Source: Podarcis vaucheri
Taxonomy: Eukaryota
Strand: one strand, 5' to 3'
DNA: 64,000 bases
NCBI GenBank assembly: GCA_965113315.1
Contig: OZ220382.1
Positions 1 through 11,142 of this stretch are shown one piece after another. A program made the position numbers and the translations under genes. The notes beneath the pieces are model-generated. The model was not told where the DNA came from and did no database searches. It worked only from the letters and a program-made list of their open reading frames with translations. The number at the start of each line of letters is the position of its first letter. The stretch's first letter is position 1.

Positions 1-2279
1 TACACACAGAATATTAGAATGGTTTCTTACCAGAAGGTAAAGAAAAGATATTCTTTTTTCCTTTCTTTATTGATAAGCCACTTACAAGTTTTTAAGCTAT
101 TGTTATACAAAGTTGCAGGGCATGCACAATTTTCCTTCGATAGGGTTTGCTCTTTCCCCCGCCCCCCATTTCTTATCTTTTCATTTTTTGCTAAGTGCAA
201 ATACTAGATTTCTTTCTCCACCTTTTAAGGCAAGTTAAATGCGACACTGCAAATTGAAAGTCCTTCTTTATATCTCCACCACAGTACAATCTTAGTCCAG
301 TACTTCACAATCCTGACCAGCAAAACTCACAGTATCAGCAGCACACATTGTCTTACTTCCAACCTTGTCAGCGTGTGTGCTGAGAGTTTGTGTTTTTGTG
401 TGTGTGTGTTTGGAGTGAGTGTGCTTTCCTTGTATGGACATTGCAGCCTGCAACTTCCTCTCTTTATTTGCACCTCCAAGGGACACCAATCAATCCTAGA
501 GTGCCACTCCTACGCACTAAAGAGAATTCTGGAACACTTTTTAAAGCTTCCAGGAACTTTTATCTTTTTCTTAAATAACCTTTTCCAAACACCCCCTCTC
601 ATTCGAACAGAACCAATACAGTATTGTAAACATATACAAAAGTATTCACACATCATACAACACAATTCCCAACTTTATAACCAGTTGTGCATGTTGTTGC
701 TTTCAATTATGGTCTTTCTTTCACTTAACAAAAATCTTCCATCACTGGATCTCTGGACCAAGATAGTTCTTTGCTGGTCCTAAATATTTTACTTTGAACC
801 ATTTCCTTAATTGTGTTGCAAACTCCTTTCCCCCAAGAATTCTTGTAGCTGCCCCATCGCTATCGCCTCCACCAGTTTGTCCCAAATTGGGGGGGGGGTT
901 AATTAACATTCCAATTTCTCCTCCATTTTGCCTTGCTAGCCAGTCCCATTTCCTTGGCTCTTTGTGGTGAAATTCCTCAATGTGACCTAGATGTGTTCAT
1001 CCACATCTGTCATACGTTCCACTCGGCTGTCTGTGCTCTACACTAAATTTATTGTTTTGTCCCATAGGCTGGCTTAAGATGTGATGATAAAACTAAAGAT
1101 TTTGCTTTAGTTGCCAATCATTCTGGTTCCGTCTTCTTCGTTAAAAATTATTTATTTGTTTGGAAGCCTGTTATGATGCCCTGCAGTATGCAAATAGATA
1201 AAATCAAATGTTTCCCCTCCGTCTCCTCCATCTTTGCCTCTCCAGTCTGGCGTGGCCATTCATATTTGTCGCATGTCCCTTGCTGCTAACAGGGCCCTGG
1301 GCTTCCCGCGGCTGATGGTGACAGTCATTTGCAAACAAACATCAAATTCAAAATCCATACTCATTTTCTAACACAAGCCTATTACATAGATTACCTAAAT
1401 TAAAATATATCTAATTGCACTAGGCTTCCCTTTGCTGTATGTAAATACAATGCAATCAACAGATTATATTATAAATGATATTATAGGTTCCCATATACCC
1501 CCCACTTCACCCCCCAAAAATGTTGTTAAAAAACTATATTCCAAAATATACATACAAGCTGCATATATGCAAAGTTGTTTTTTTTTTGTTGCCCTTATTT
1601 CTGAGCAAACGACAGATCAGTCCACATTTGTCACAAGCTGTTGCAATGTTGGAAGTGTGTGATTTGAGTAAGAAATCTCCTGACCAGTAAATTAGCATGA
1701 AGAATCTGAGTGTTCAGAGCTTTAATAATAATAATTGCGAGGGATACAGTCTGCTTGGAGAAAAGGAATGAGAAAGTACATGAAGATTGTGGAAAAACTT
1801 GGAAAGTGTCATTCTGCAAAGTACTAATATTGCCGTAGTAAAACAAGCCAAGCTAAGAAGAGTCACTCAGGATATTCAGGATTGAACCACACACCATTGG
1901 TGGGACATCTTTTCAGGATAGAGCTCTACCATGACCAACATTTTAAATTTGGCTTGGCACCCTGTGATTATACTGGATTTTGGTGTTTTGATGTTGCTTA
2001 TATTAGTGTGTATTTTCTATGTTAAAGTTAAACATTTGTATGGGGAAAAGGTATAGGTTTTTTTCCTCAGAGAGGGAAGGAGGAACAGATTAGCTAAGCA
2101 TGGAAGAGGTAACCGTGTTGGACCAAGGGGTGGAGTTTATGGGCAATCTATCCGGAAGACATTTGTATTTCGAGGAGTTAGTGGTCTGACATGGTTACCC
2201 TTCATGCCTTCTCTTCCTTCTCCCTCTCGATCTCCTGAGCCATGTATCAGAAGATTTTTAATGCTGGATGTTTTTAGAT

Positions 2280-2368
2280 ATGCTGTAAGCCCTCCAGAGT
2301 CCCTTGGGAAAGCCAGCCAAATGGGTGGGGTATAAAGATGGTGATGATGATGGTGATGGTGATGATAA
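2280..2368 (+). mobile_element. Probable 3' end of an L2/CR1-class LINE with (GAT/GGT)n tail (copies ~16160, ~31235, ~45110)
   Basis: tgtaagccctccagagtcccttggg...gggtggggtataaa followed by a trinucleotide tail resembles common squamate LINE 3' termini. Recalled pattern only. Confidence 0.45.
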
Positions 2369-2619
2369 TTTATACATATAGCTGATGCACAGAAACTGTG
2401 CAAAATCTTGCAATGTTTATATTTTGAAAGGTGAATACTACAATCACGGTTGCAAACCCTTTCTTTTTGCATGGTGCCTAGTCACTGATCTAAGTGACAG
2501 CGGACTTCTGTATAAGAGCTACTGCTGGGTCACACTAGGTTGATGGCATTCACTGTGCCATCAACCCAATATTTTTTTTAAAAAAGATCTCCCCAATGTT
2601 GGGTGGAATTTAGTTCACA

Positions 2620-2745
2620 AGAATGGTCAATTTCAATCCGGTAGTTTTCATAAGGGGAATAGTGAAGAGAGAAATGAGAGCCGGTTTCAGCCTTGTCAGC
2701 CCATTGAACAAGGCACCTACATAGGTGAACAGCCACATTCACACC
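2620..2745 (-). pseudogene. RTN4: Reticulon (RTN4-like) processed fragment, piece a (copies 16495-16620, 31576-31701, 45442-45567)
   Basis: Minus strand reads MWLFTYVGALFNGLTRLKPALISLFTIPL, compared with RTN4 MWVFTYVGALFNGLTLLILALISLFSVPV. Confidence 0.8.
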
Positions 2746-3701
2746 ACTAACGTCAGTGATTTCACTAAAAACAATTTTAAAAGGAGCCCTAAGATATGGC
2801 CATGGCTGTTGGAAAAGTTACGAGTCACTGCACATTGTTTTTGTCATTGTCTTTTGTTAGCCATCTGTTATCAGGCCATCAGCTACAGGGTCATACAATG
2901 AAAATATTTTTCTATGCTCCTATTTTGGGACAAAAAAAGAGAGGCCCTAGCAGTTTTTTAAACAAACTAAACAGCTAATATTATCGTCCCTTGGTAAAAC
3001 CAAGTCACCCTATGATTTCTTAGACTAAAAAAGCACTAGAAATCAACATTTGTAAGGGCAGTACAGAATTGACCAAGTGTGAAGCCTGGAGCACTTACAA
3101 GTGGCACACACAAAATGTAAGCCACAAAGAGCAACGTGAAGGGGTTTCCATGCGATGGCTACCATTTCTCCCTTACGTACATGTTGAAGTAGAATCGATA
3201 ACTGGTTAGCATATGTACAAAATCTTTACAGAATTCTATCTTGTAGCTTTAAAAAAATAAAAATATGGATATTGTTGAAGACAGCAGGTCTCTCATTAAT
3301 ATTTCAATTAAGGCTTCATTATTGTATATCCGCCATTATTCTAATGACTGTCAGGGGCTCAGAGGTGGGAGGGGGGCAAGACTCCTTCAGCAGGGACAGC
3401 TTGAGTTTGTTTATAATTAGCTACTGACTTCCCCCGTAGAACCTGCTGCCAGTCTCTTCTGCATCTTGCTTGGCCACAAGAATCCAATGTATTCCAAACA
3501 GATTTAAATCGTGATCTCTGGGAGACGATGAAGAAGAAAAAGAAATCTTACTGTGCTGTTTATTTCCCCCGCACCCCAACATTAATTAAATAATAATAAT
3601 TTAATCCTCCCTCTATTCTTTTTTTTATAAAAAAGTTAAAAGAGGTTTCTGATTAAATAATTCTGAGAAGAAAAGGTTTGATGCAGCCGCGTCTGGAAGG
3701 G

Positions 3702-4057
3702 TCAGAGCGAAGATGCTGGTGCGGGAGGTCGGCTGGTCCCGGTGGCTGATGGAGGTTCTGCTCCCCTTCTGCTGCTAAGCACGAAGTCCGTGGGGAGGCT
3801 CTCCAGAAGGCACTTGAGCTGTTCCTGCCCTAGCTTGATCTTGCTGGCCAACTCGCGCTGTTCCAGATTTCATCTTCACGAAATGCTGGTAGTCTCGGAG
3901 CTGCTCCCCCGAGAGGTAATTGCATAGGATGTCCAAGACCACGTGCTTTCGCCGGTCCAGGTTCTCCTTCAGCTCGCGGGCGTCTTCGTGCTGGCCAGCC
4001 AGCATCTTCCGCTTCTTGTTCAGAGAGCTCCATTCTTGGTTATCCACATCCTCACTG
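3702..4057 (-). pseudogene. SHROOM3: SHROOM3-like C-terminal (ASD2 domain) fragment, frameshifted
   Basis: Reads [55 protein letters not shown], then after a short frameshifting deletion [27 protein letters not shown]...stop. This matches the SHROOM3 ASD2 end. AT-rich UTR-like sequence follows toward ~3165. Confidence 0.88.
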
Positions 4058-5419
4058 TCGCATGTCCCGGTCCGCTACCTATGGCGTGTGTCTCTTGCAG
4101 CTGATGGTGGTTGTAATTTGATTCCCCATAACAACAACCCAACGGGGGATGTTGGCCCCCTCAATATTGGGGGGATTGAGCTCCCATGGCCAGGATTCAA
4201 CCCAGAGGGGAATGCATTTTATTATCTGTGTTTTCCAATAATTCTTGTAGCTTCCCCACCGCTATCGTCTCCACCAGTTTGCCCCAGATTTGGAAGGGGG
4301 AGGGTAATTTATTATATACATAATTTGCTTTCAGGCTGCACTTCAAATGTGCAAAAGCATACACTCTGACAGCACCAGAAAAAAAAAGGTTAACAGTTTT
4401 TACCTGATTTGTCACATTGTGTTAAACACAATGAGCTTCACAAAAAAAGAACATGGAATCTAGAAGCATCCTAAGTTATATGCTAGCACTTGATTGTAGT
4501 ACTCTGACCCAACAAAAGAAATAGAAACCCAACATAGTCATCACAATTAATTTACTAGTCTCTTCAAGACTGTATTTTCTTTCCAGTGTTTTGGTCTCCT
4601 GCTATACATGTAGAAATACACTTTGGGTAATTAAATTTACAGAAAGCCAAAGCCAAATAAAAATTAGTTATGCTGGGGAAAAATCGGGGGCTTATAAGAA
4701 ATAAGATTTTAAGATTTTCTACATAGCTTCCCCACTGCTATCGTCTCCACCAATTTTTCCCAGATTTGGAGGGGGGTATTAACATTCCAATTTCTCCTCC
4801 ATCTTTCTTCCTCTCCCCCCCCTTTTGAGAAAAGGTTTGGCTCATCCGAAAATTTTACTTGCAAGACAGAAGTTATTGGCCTGTCCTTTTAGCTTCTGTT
4901 GTCCCTTTGTGTTCTGAGGTGTTCAACCTCAGAAAAGGTTGAGTGCTTTAAGTGAGGCAAACGTTCTTTGATGGCAGGATGTGAATTGTGGAGGAGATTA
5001 AACATTGAATGGTTTTGTGCCATAGGCTGTATTTAGAAGTGTTAATTATTGTTTTTGTGTGCCTGATTATTCTGTTAGGGCTTCTGTCCCCCTCGCCATG
5101 TTTCTTTCACACTACATTACCTGTTGTTTCATGGCACTGTGTTTTTTCCATCTTTTACAAAGGAAATGGGGCTGCTGCATTTGGAAAGATGCCTTGCTTG
5201 GTCATATGGCACAAATGGTTGGAGCCCCATGGTATTAAAGTTTAAAACACGCCTGCAAGGAGCACTCTAAATGTTCTGCCATTTGGGTGCAATCAAACTG
5301 TAGAATCTTTTAGCTTTCTCTGTCCCTATGTGTTTTGAGATGTTCATCCTCAGAAAAGGTTGAGCGTTTTAAGTGAGACAAAAGTTCTTTGATGGCAGGG
5401 TGTGAATTGTGGAGCAGAT

Positions 5420-5720
5420 TATACATTTTATATAGATATTTTCCTTTAGGCTGGATTAGAGTTCCCTTTAGTTTTGATATTTCTCCAGCAAACCCTATTT
5501 TCTTTGTTTTTCATTCAGTTGGAAGTATTGGAGCCAGCCTGACAAATACATATGGATGTCAAAGTCCTTTCCTCTTAATTTATTAATTTCCCCCTCTAAT
5601 AACATTTTATATGTTGCCCGATTTCCCTTCATGTTTTTCTTCCTCAAGCCAAAGGCTTCAATGTGTGAAATGCACCAAGGGCTTGTAGGTTCTAGGAGAC
5701 ATTTATATTTCATCCATGGA
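5420..5720 (-). mobile_element. L1/Tx1-clade LINE ORF2 internal fragment, one per sub-repeat (also 17855-17968, 50630-50930, 59530-59810)
   Basis: WMKYK.LLEPT.PW.ISHIEA...ATYKMLLEGEINKL...GWLQYFQLNER...SKMYNLL resembles the post-RT region of squamate L1 ORF2. It is frameshifted. Confidence 0.65.
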
Positions 5721-6317
5721 TTATATAAGGTCTGAGTTGTGTGGCTGCATATTCTGGTAAGGTGTCGGCAAGGGATTGAATCTTGGTGCAGAAAATGAGA
5801 AAGGACACTTGTGTTGAGGGGTTTTGGGATACCCCGCTGCGAGTAACACAGGTGCATCCTCCGCAAATTTGGAGTGTGTGCAGTAACTGAAAAGTTCATT
5901 AAGGGCAGGGTGTGAACTGTCTGGCTGTACCACCTGAAGGCATGTTTGGAAAGGAATACATATTGGTGTAGGAAAGGCTGAAGCATACAGATTGCTGATG
6001 TATGTACAGAAACTGTGGAGAAACCGGCAATTTTTTATTTCAAAAGGAAAGATAGTACTTGAGCAGCAGCTATGAAGAGGAAAGCAGAAACTGTGGGAAA
6101 TCCTGTAATTCTATTTACATAGTATAGAGGAAGGGGGTGGGATGGTGGGGGGCTGCGGAAACCACCCTTCTGCAAATGGCACCGATGATGAAGCCAGGAA
6201 CTCGGCCTGCTTTGCTCCATGTCTCATTAGAAGCAGAACAAGAAGGAGGAGGAGGAGGAAGAGGAGGAGGACAGGACGGAGCAGCCAGCTCTTTGCTGCT
6301 TTCCAAGCAGAGCACCC

Positions 6318-6520
6318 TTTCTGGCTGTTAGGATCACCTCCTCTTCTTTGTGAATTAATCCCTGAATGCACCTCCCTAATGACTGCGCCAGATGTAGCAC
6401 TGCCTTTCACTTCTCTCCTCTTGCAGAGAGAATGAAAAAGCGAGATAAATGTGCTTGGGATTCTTCAAGTCCAGAATCTGGCTCTTGTGGATCACTTGCT
6501 GGCTGATTCCAGAGGCTGCA
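6318..6520 (+). promoter_or_regulatory. Repeated module with a splice-acceptor-like signal (branch point, polypyrimidine tract, CAG)
   Basis: ccCTAAT (6376)...ctttcacttctctcctcttgCAG (AG at 6425-6426). Full or partial copies lie at ~7553, 8510, 9068, 11050, 11750 and 13250 in each unit, and at 49489, 60458 and 62393. No convincing donor site was found. Confidence 0.45.
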
Positions 6521-8717
6521 CAATGTGTTAGGTTTCTCTGTCCCTATGTGTTCAGAGGTGTTCATCCTCAGAGAAGGTTGAGCGTTTTAAGTGAGACAAA
6601 AGTTCTATAATGGCAGGGTGTGAATTATGGAGGAGATTATACATTTTAGATAGAAATTTTCCTTTATGCTGGATTAGAGTTCCCTTTAGTTTTGATATTT
6701 CTCCAGCAAACCCTATTTTCCTTGTCTTTCATTCAGTTGGAAGTATTGGAGCCAGCCTGACAAATACATATGGATGTCAAAGTCCTTTCCTCTTAATTTA
6801 TTAATTTCCCCCTCTAATAACATTTTATATGTTGCCCGATTTCCCTTCATGTTTTTCTTCCTCAAGCCAAAGGCTTCAATGTGTGAAATGTACCAAGGGC
6901 TTGTAGGTTCCAGGAGATATTTATATTTCATCCATGGATTATATAAGGTCTGAGTTGTGTGGCTGCATCTTCTGGTAAGGTGTTGGCAAGGGATTGAATC
7001 TTGGTGCAGAAAAGGAGAAAGGACACTTGTGTTGAGGGGTTTTGGGATACCCCGCTGCGAGTAACACAGGTGCATCCTCCGCAAATTTGGAGTGTGTGCA
7101 GTAACTGAAAAGTTCATTAAGCGCAGGGTGTGAACTGTCTGGCTGTACCACCTGAAGGCATGTTTGGAAAGGAATACATATTGGTGTAGGAAAGGCTGAA
7201 GCATACATATTGCTGATGTATGTACAGAAACTGTGGAGAAACCTGCAATTTTTTATTTCAAAAGGAAAGATAGTACTTGAGCAGCAGCTATGAAGAGGAA
7301 AGCAGAAACTGTGGGAAATCCTGTAATTCTATTTACATAGTATAGAGGAGGGGGGTGGGATGGTGGGGGGCTGCGGAAATCACCCTTCTGCAAATGGCAC
7401 CGATGATGAAGCCAGGAACTCGGCCTGCTTTGCTCCAGGTCTCATTAGCAGCAGAAGAAGAAGAAGGAGGAGGAGGAAGAGGAGGAGGAGGAGGAGGAGG
7501 AGGACAGGACGGAGCAGCCAGCTCTTTGCTGCTTTCCAAGCAGAGCACCCTTTCTGGCTGTTAGGATCCCCTCTTCTTCTTTGTGAATTAATCCCTGAAT
7601 GCACCTCCCTAATGACTGTGCCAGATGTAGCACTGCCTTTCACTTCTCTCCTCTTGCAGAGAGAATGAAAAGGCCAGATAAATGTGCTTGGCATTCTTCA
7701 AGTCCAGAATCTGGCTCTTGTGGATCACTTGCTGGCTGATTCCAGAGGCTGCACAATGTGTTAGGTTTCTCTGTCCCTATGTGTTCAGAGGTGTTCATCC
7801 TCAGAGAAGGTTGAGCGTTTTAAGTGAGACAAAAGTTCTATAATGGCAGGGTGTGAATTGTGGAGGAGATTATACATTTTAGATAGATATTTTCCTTTAG
7901 GCTGGATTAGAGTTCCCTTTAGTTTTGATATTTCTCCAGCAAACCCTATTTTCCTTGTCTTTCATTCAGTTGGAAGTATTGGAGCCAGCCTGACAAATAC
8001 ATATGGATGTCAAAGTCATTTCCTCTTAATTTATTAATTTCCCCCTCTAATAACATTTTATATGTTGCCCGATTTCCCTTCATGTTTTTCTTCCTCAAGC
8101 CAAAGGCTTCAATGTGTGAAATGCACCAAGGGCTTGTAGGTTCTAGGAGATATTTATATTTCATCCATGGATTATATAAGGTCTGAGTTGTGTGGCTGCA
8201 TCTTCTGGTAAGGTGTCGGCAAGGGATTGAATCTTGGAGCAGAAAATGAGAAAGGACACTTGTGTTGAGGGGTTTGGGAATACCTGGCTGCGAGTAACAC
8301 AGGTGCATCCTCCGCAAATTTGGAGTATGTGCAGTAACTGAAAGGTTCATTAAGGGCAGGGTGTGAACTGTGTGGCTGTACCACCAGAAGGCATGTTTGG
8401 AACGGAATCCATTTTGGTGTAGGAAAGGCTGAAGTATACATATTGCTGATGTATGTACAGAAATTGTGGAGAAACCTGCATGTTTTTATTTTAAAAGGAA
8501 AGATAGTATTCTGGCTCTTGTGGATCACTTGCTGGCTGATTCCAGTGGCTGCAAATGGTGTCATTGTACCTCCTGAAGGAGGCATTCCTGCCTGAGAGGA
8601 AGGGTGTGAACTGTGTGGCTATACCACCTGATTGCATGTTTGCAAGGGAATCAATTTTTGTGCAGAAAAGTGCTGAAAAGGACATTTGCCAATGCCCTTT
8701 TTGAGATGCAGTTTCAC

Positions 8718-8860
8718 TAGAATGGTCACTTCTAACCTGGTGCTTTTCATAAATAAGGGGAATACTGAAGAGGTGAAATCAGAGTCTTTGAATAAGACAG
8801 AAACGCAGGTGAACAGCCACATCCACACCAGAAACTTTAGTGAGTCCACAAAGTCATCCA
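8718..8860 (-). pseudogene. RTN4: Reticulon (RTN4-like) processed fragment, piece b (copies 23826-23968, 37676-37818)
   Basis: Reads MDDFVDSLKFLVWMWLFTCV..., then LISPLQYSPYL.KAPG in a shifted frame. Compare RTN4 DDLVDSLKFAVLMWVFTYVG. The nucleotide sequence aligns by eye to pieces a and c. Confidence 0.8.
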
Positions 8861-9142
8861 TTGGGAAGAGGCAGTTGAACTCCTAAACTGTTCTGTTGAA
8901 GGGGCCAAGCAGCATAAGGGTGTATCTTTGGACAAGCAACATCTTAATCTAAGTAAGCCCTTAATGGGTAGCCAATCTAAGGGCTTTTCAAAAAGGGGTT
9001 TGATCTTGGTGCAGAAAAGGAGTGATGAGTACATATAGCTTTGCTCCTTTCCAAGCAGTGCGCCCTCTCTGGCTGCTAGGAGCCCCTCCTCTTTTTTGTT
9101 AATTAGTCCCTAAATGAACCTTCCTAATGACTGTGCCTGATG

Positions 9143-9301
9143 NNNNNNNNNNNNNNNNNNNNNNNNNNNNNNNNNNNNNNNNNNNNNNNNNNNNNNNNNN
9201 NNNNNNNNNNNNNNNNNNNNNNNNNNNNNNNNNNNNNNNNNNNNNNNNNNNNNNNNNNNNNNNNNNNNNNNNNNNNNNNNNNNNNNNNNNNNNNNNNNNN
9301 N
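9143..9301. other. N-run at the same position in each complete unit (also 24250-24399, 38100-38253)
   Basis: All three have identical flanks (...gtgcctgat[g] / ttaagattt...). Lengths are 159, 150 and 154 nt. Confidence 0.98.
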
Positions 9302-10133
9302 TTAAGATTTATTATGCAAAAAGCTTTTATGAAAAGTTTTTTTAAAAAAACCACACACCAAAGGAAGTACAATTCATGGATGAAGAAATCAACCTTCCTG
9401 CCAAATAAGATGCATGTGTTCTCTCTATTAGGGTTCAGCAACAAAAACCATGAGGCAAAACAGCCCTCAGTTTTCATGTTCTTGAAAGTCCCCTTCACCC
9501 CCCAAAAAAAGATGTTAAAAAACTATAATCCAAAATATACATACAAGCTGCATATATGTAAATTGGGGTTTTTTGTTATTGCTGCCCTTTTTTCTGAGCA
9601 AATGACAGATCAGTCCACATTTGTCACAAGTTGCTGCATTGTTGAAAGTGTGTGATTTCAGTAAGAAATCTCCTGACCAGTAAACTAGCATGAAGAATCT
9701 GAGTGTTCAGAGCTTTAATAATAATAATCCGCCCAGTCTGACACACAAACGCCACAAAATTTCTTCCTCTGCAAAGTTTCTTCTTGTTTAATACAGCCAT
9801 ACGATAGTTATTGAAAAGTGGGCTTACTTTCAATGCCCCCCTCTCCGGCCTGCAAATTTTGTTTTCAGGCCATTGGAAGAGAATAACAGATTGAGGGCAG
9901 AAAGTTGTTTCTGGAAGACCAGTCAAGGCATCAGCAACTGGCTGGCCAGACCCATGTTCTACAGTTTATCTGGAAGAGAAAGTTGGTGGTCTCTTCATTA
10001 CTGGGTGCACGGGGTTAAAACATGTAATCCTTTCCCCTGTTCAGGTCTTTATTTTTTCTCTCTTCTTCTATCTCCTGTCTCACTGGAGAGAACCAAGCGC
10101 CAGGATCCCACACTTGCAGTCTGTTTTAAGAGG

Positions 10134-10611
10134 TTAGTGGCAGAGATTCCTCTCCTCTTTTGAGCAAAGTTTGGATGCCCGCTCTGCAGCTTTTAAAGAG
10201 AGTAGGGAAGTTTCGGCTGTGGGCGGATCTTGCCCCTTCTTCGCCTGTTCCTCTAGCATGATCTGCAGGTCAAAGATATAGTTGATAAGGTGCTGCAAGA
10301 TTTCCACTTGGCTGACTTTGGTGCCTTGCGGGATCCTCTGCACCAGCTCGCGCAGCTTGGAGTAGCAGTCATTCATGTTGTAAAGGAGGTTCTTGGGCCC
10401 CTCCTGAGCCGGGCTCTGTTTTTTTGTCTTTTTTTTGTTTTGGCAAGACTTGTTGCCTTTTTCTGAAGGCCTGTGAAGCAGGAGTCACGGGCTGAGGGGC
10501 TTCATTCTGTTGTTCGTTCCCTGGGTGATGGTGAGGCTCTGATCAGAGAGGCAGCACAAAGCTTGCTTCCTAGCAGATCCTGACTGATCTGACTGGGCTG
10601 ATTCCTTTCAT
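10134..10611 (-). pseudogene. ID3: ID3 processed pseudogene (UTR-like flanks ~9730-10740)
   Basis: Reads MKGISPVRSVRIC*...LSDQSLTITQGTNN [insertion] SPAQEGPKNLLYNMNDCYSKLRELVQRIPQGTKVSQVEILQHLINYIFDLQI...LLSLKAAERASKLCSKEERNLCH*, which closely follows sauropsid ID3. There is no intron at the LK|AAE position. The 5' half has an early stop, a frameshift and an insertion. Confidence 0.92.
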
Positions 10612-10839
10612 GGCCATGAAGGAGGAGAAACCAGCAGGGATTTTCAGAAGGGCAAGATTTCCTTCCTTAAGGCGGGAGAAGCAAGCAAGCAACCTCAAGA
10701 GAGAGAGAGATCGATACTGCCCCTTGCTTGGCAGCCTGGTTGATTCTCTATTGTGTGCACACAGAAAATGCTTCTCTTTGCAAAAAAAGCCCCATGTATA
10801 TATTTTAAAAACAGAAATGCTACCTTTGCAGCAGCAAAT

Positions 10840-10963
10840 ATTTTCTGATCCTTTCCCCAGTCAAGGTCTTTTCTCTCTCTCTCCTTCTATCTTCTGTACA
10901 ACTGGAGAGGCTATGGAATCTATGACATGTTGCAAGATTTCCACGGCTGACTTTGGTGCTTTG
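10840..10963 (-). pseudogene. ID3: Second, more diverged and internally deleted ID3 fragment (copies ~25940-26063, ~39787-39910)
   Basis: Minus strand reads STKVS/VEILQHVIDSI, joined directly to a paralog of the ID3 3'UTR (ctctccagt...agatagaag...ggggaaaggat) also seen at 10025-10090. Confidence 0.7.
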
Positions 10964-11142
10964 TGTGTTAAGACCCACAAGACCTCCCCAAATAAAGACA
11001 CAATTGATGCCAAATTTAGTTTAAGGTTATTGGCATAATTTTGGCCAGAATGAAAAATGAAGATAAATGTGCTTGGAATTCTTCAAGTCCAGAATCTGGC
11101 TCTTGTGGATCACTTGCTGGCTGATTATAGTGGATTCAAATT

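Larger units (their letters stand above)
5310..8560. repeat. Nested ~1.22-1.23 kb tandem sub-repeat, ~2.6 copies (also ~20890-23660 and ~34270-37510; one diverged copy ~59420-60660)
   Basis: The ORF MAGCELW... recurs at 5389, 6610 and 7843, and the 163-aa minus-strand ORF recurs at 5495 and 6713. Confidence 0.93.

Noticed and set aside
2137-2472. Poly-His ORF
   Set aside because: It comes from the (GAT/GGT)n tail.
3702-4057. Functional SHROOM3 terminal exon
   Set aside because: It is frameshifted, has no upstream acceptor or other exons, and is fused to an unrelated module.
5905-5960. WD40 repeat (GVNCLAVPPEG)
   Set aside because: Only a short resemblance, with no GH/WD anchors and stops nearby.
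6525-6560. C2H2 zinc-finger linker (EHIGTEKP)
   Set aside because: It is not TGEKPY, there is no 84-bp periodicity, and other copies read differently.
6111-7694. Poly-Arg/Gly/Leu/Pro 'proteins' (protamine-like or signal-peptide-like)
   Set aside because: They are translations of a (GGA)n microsatellite in several frames.
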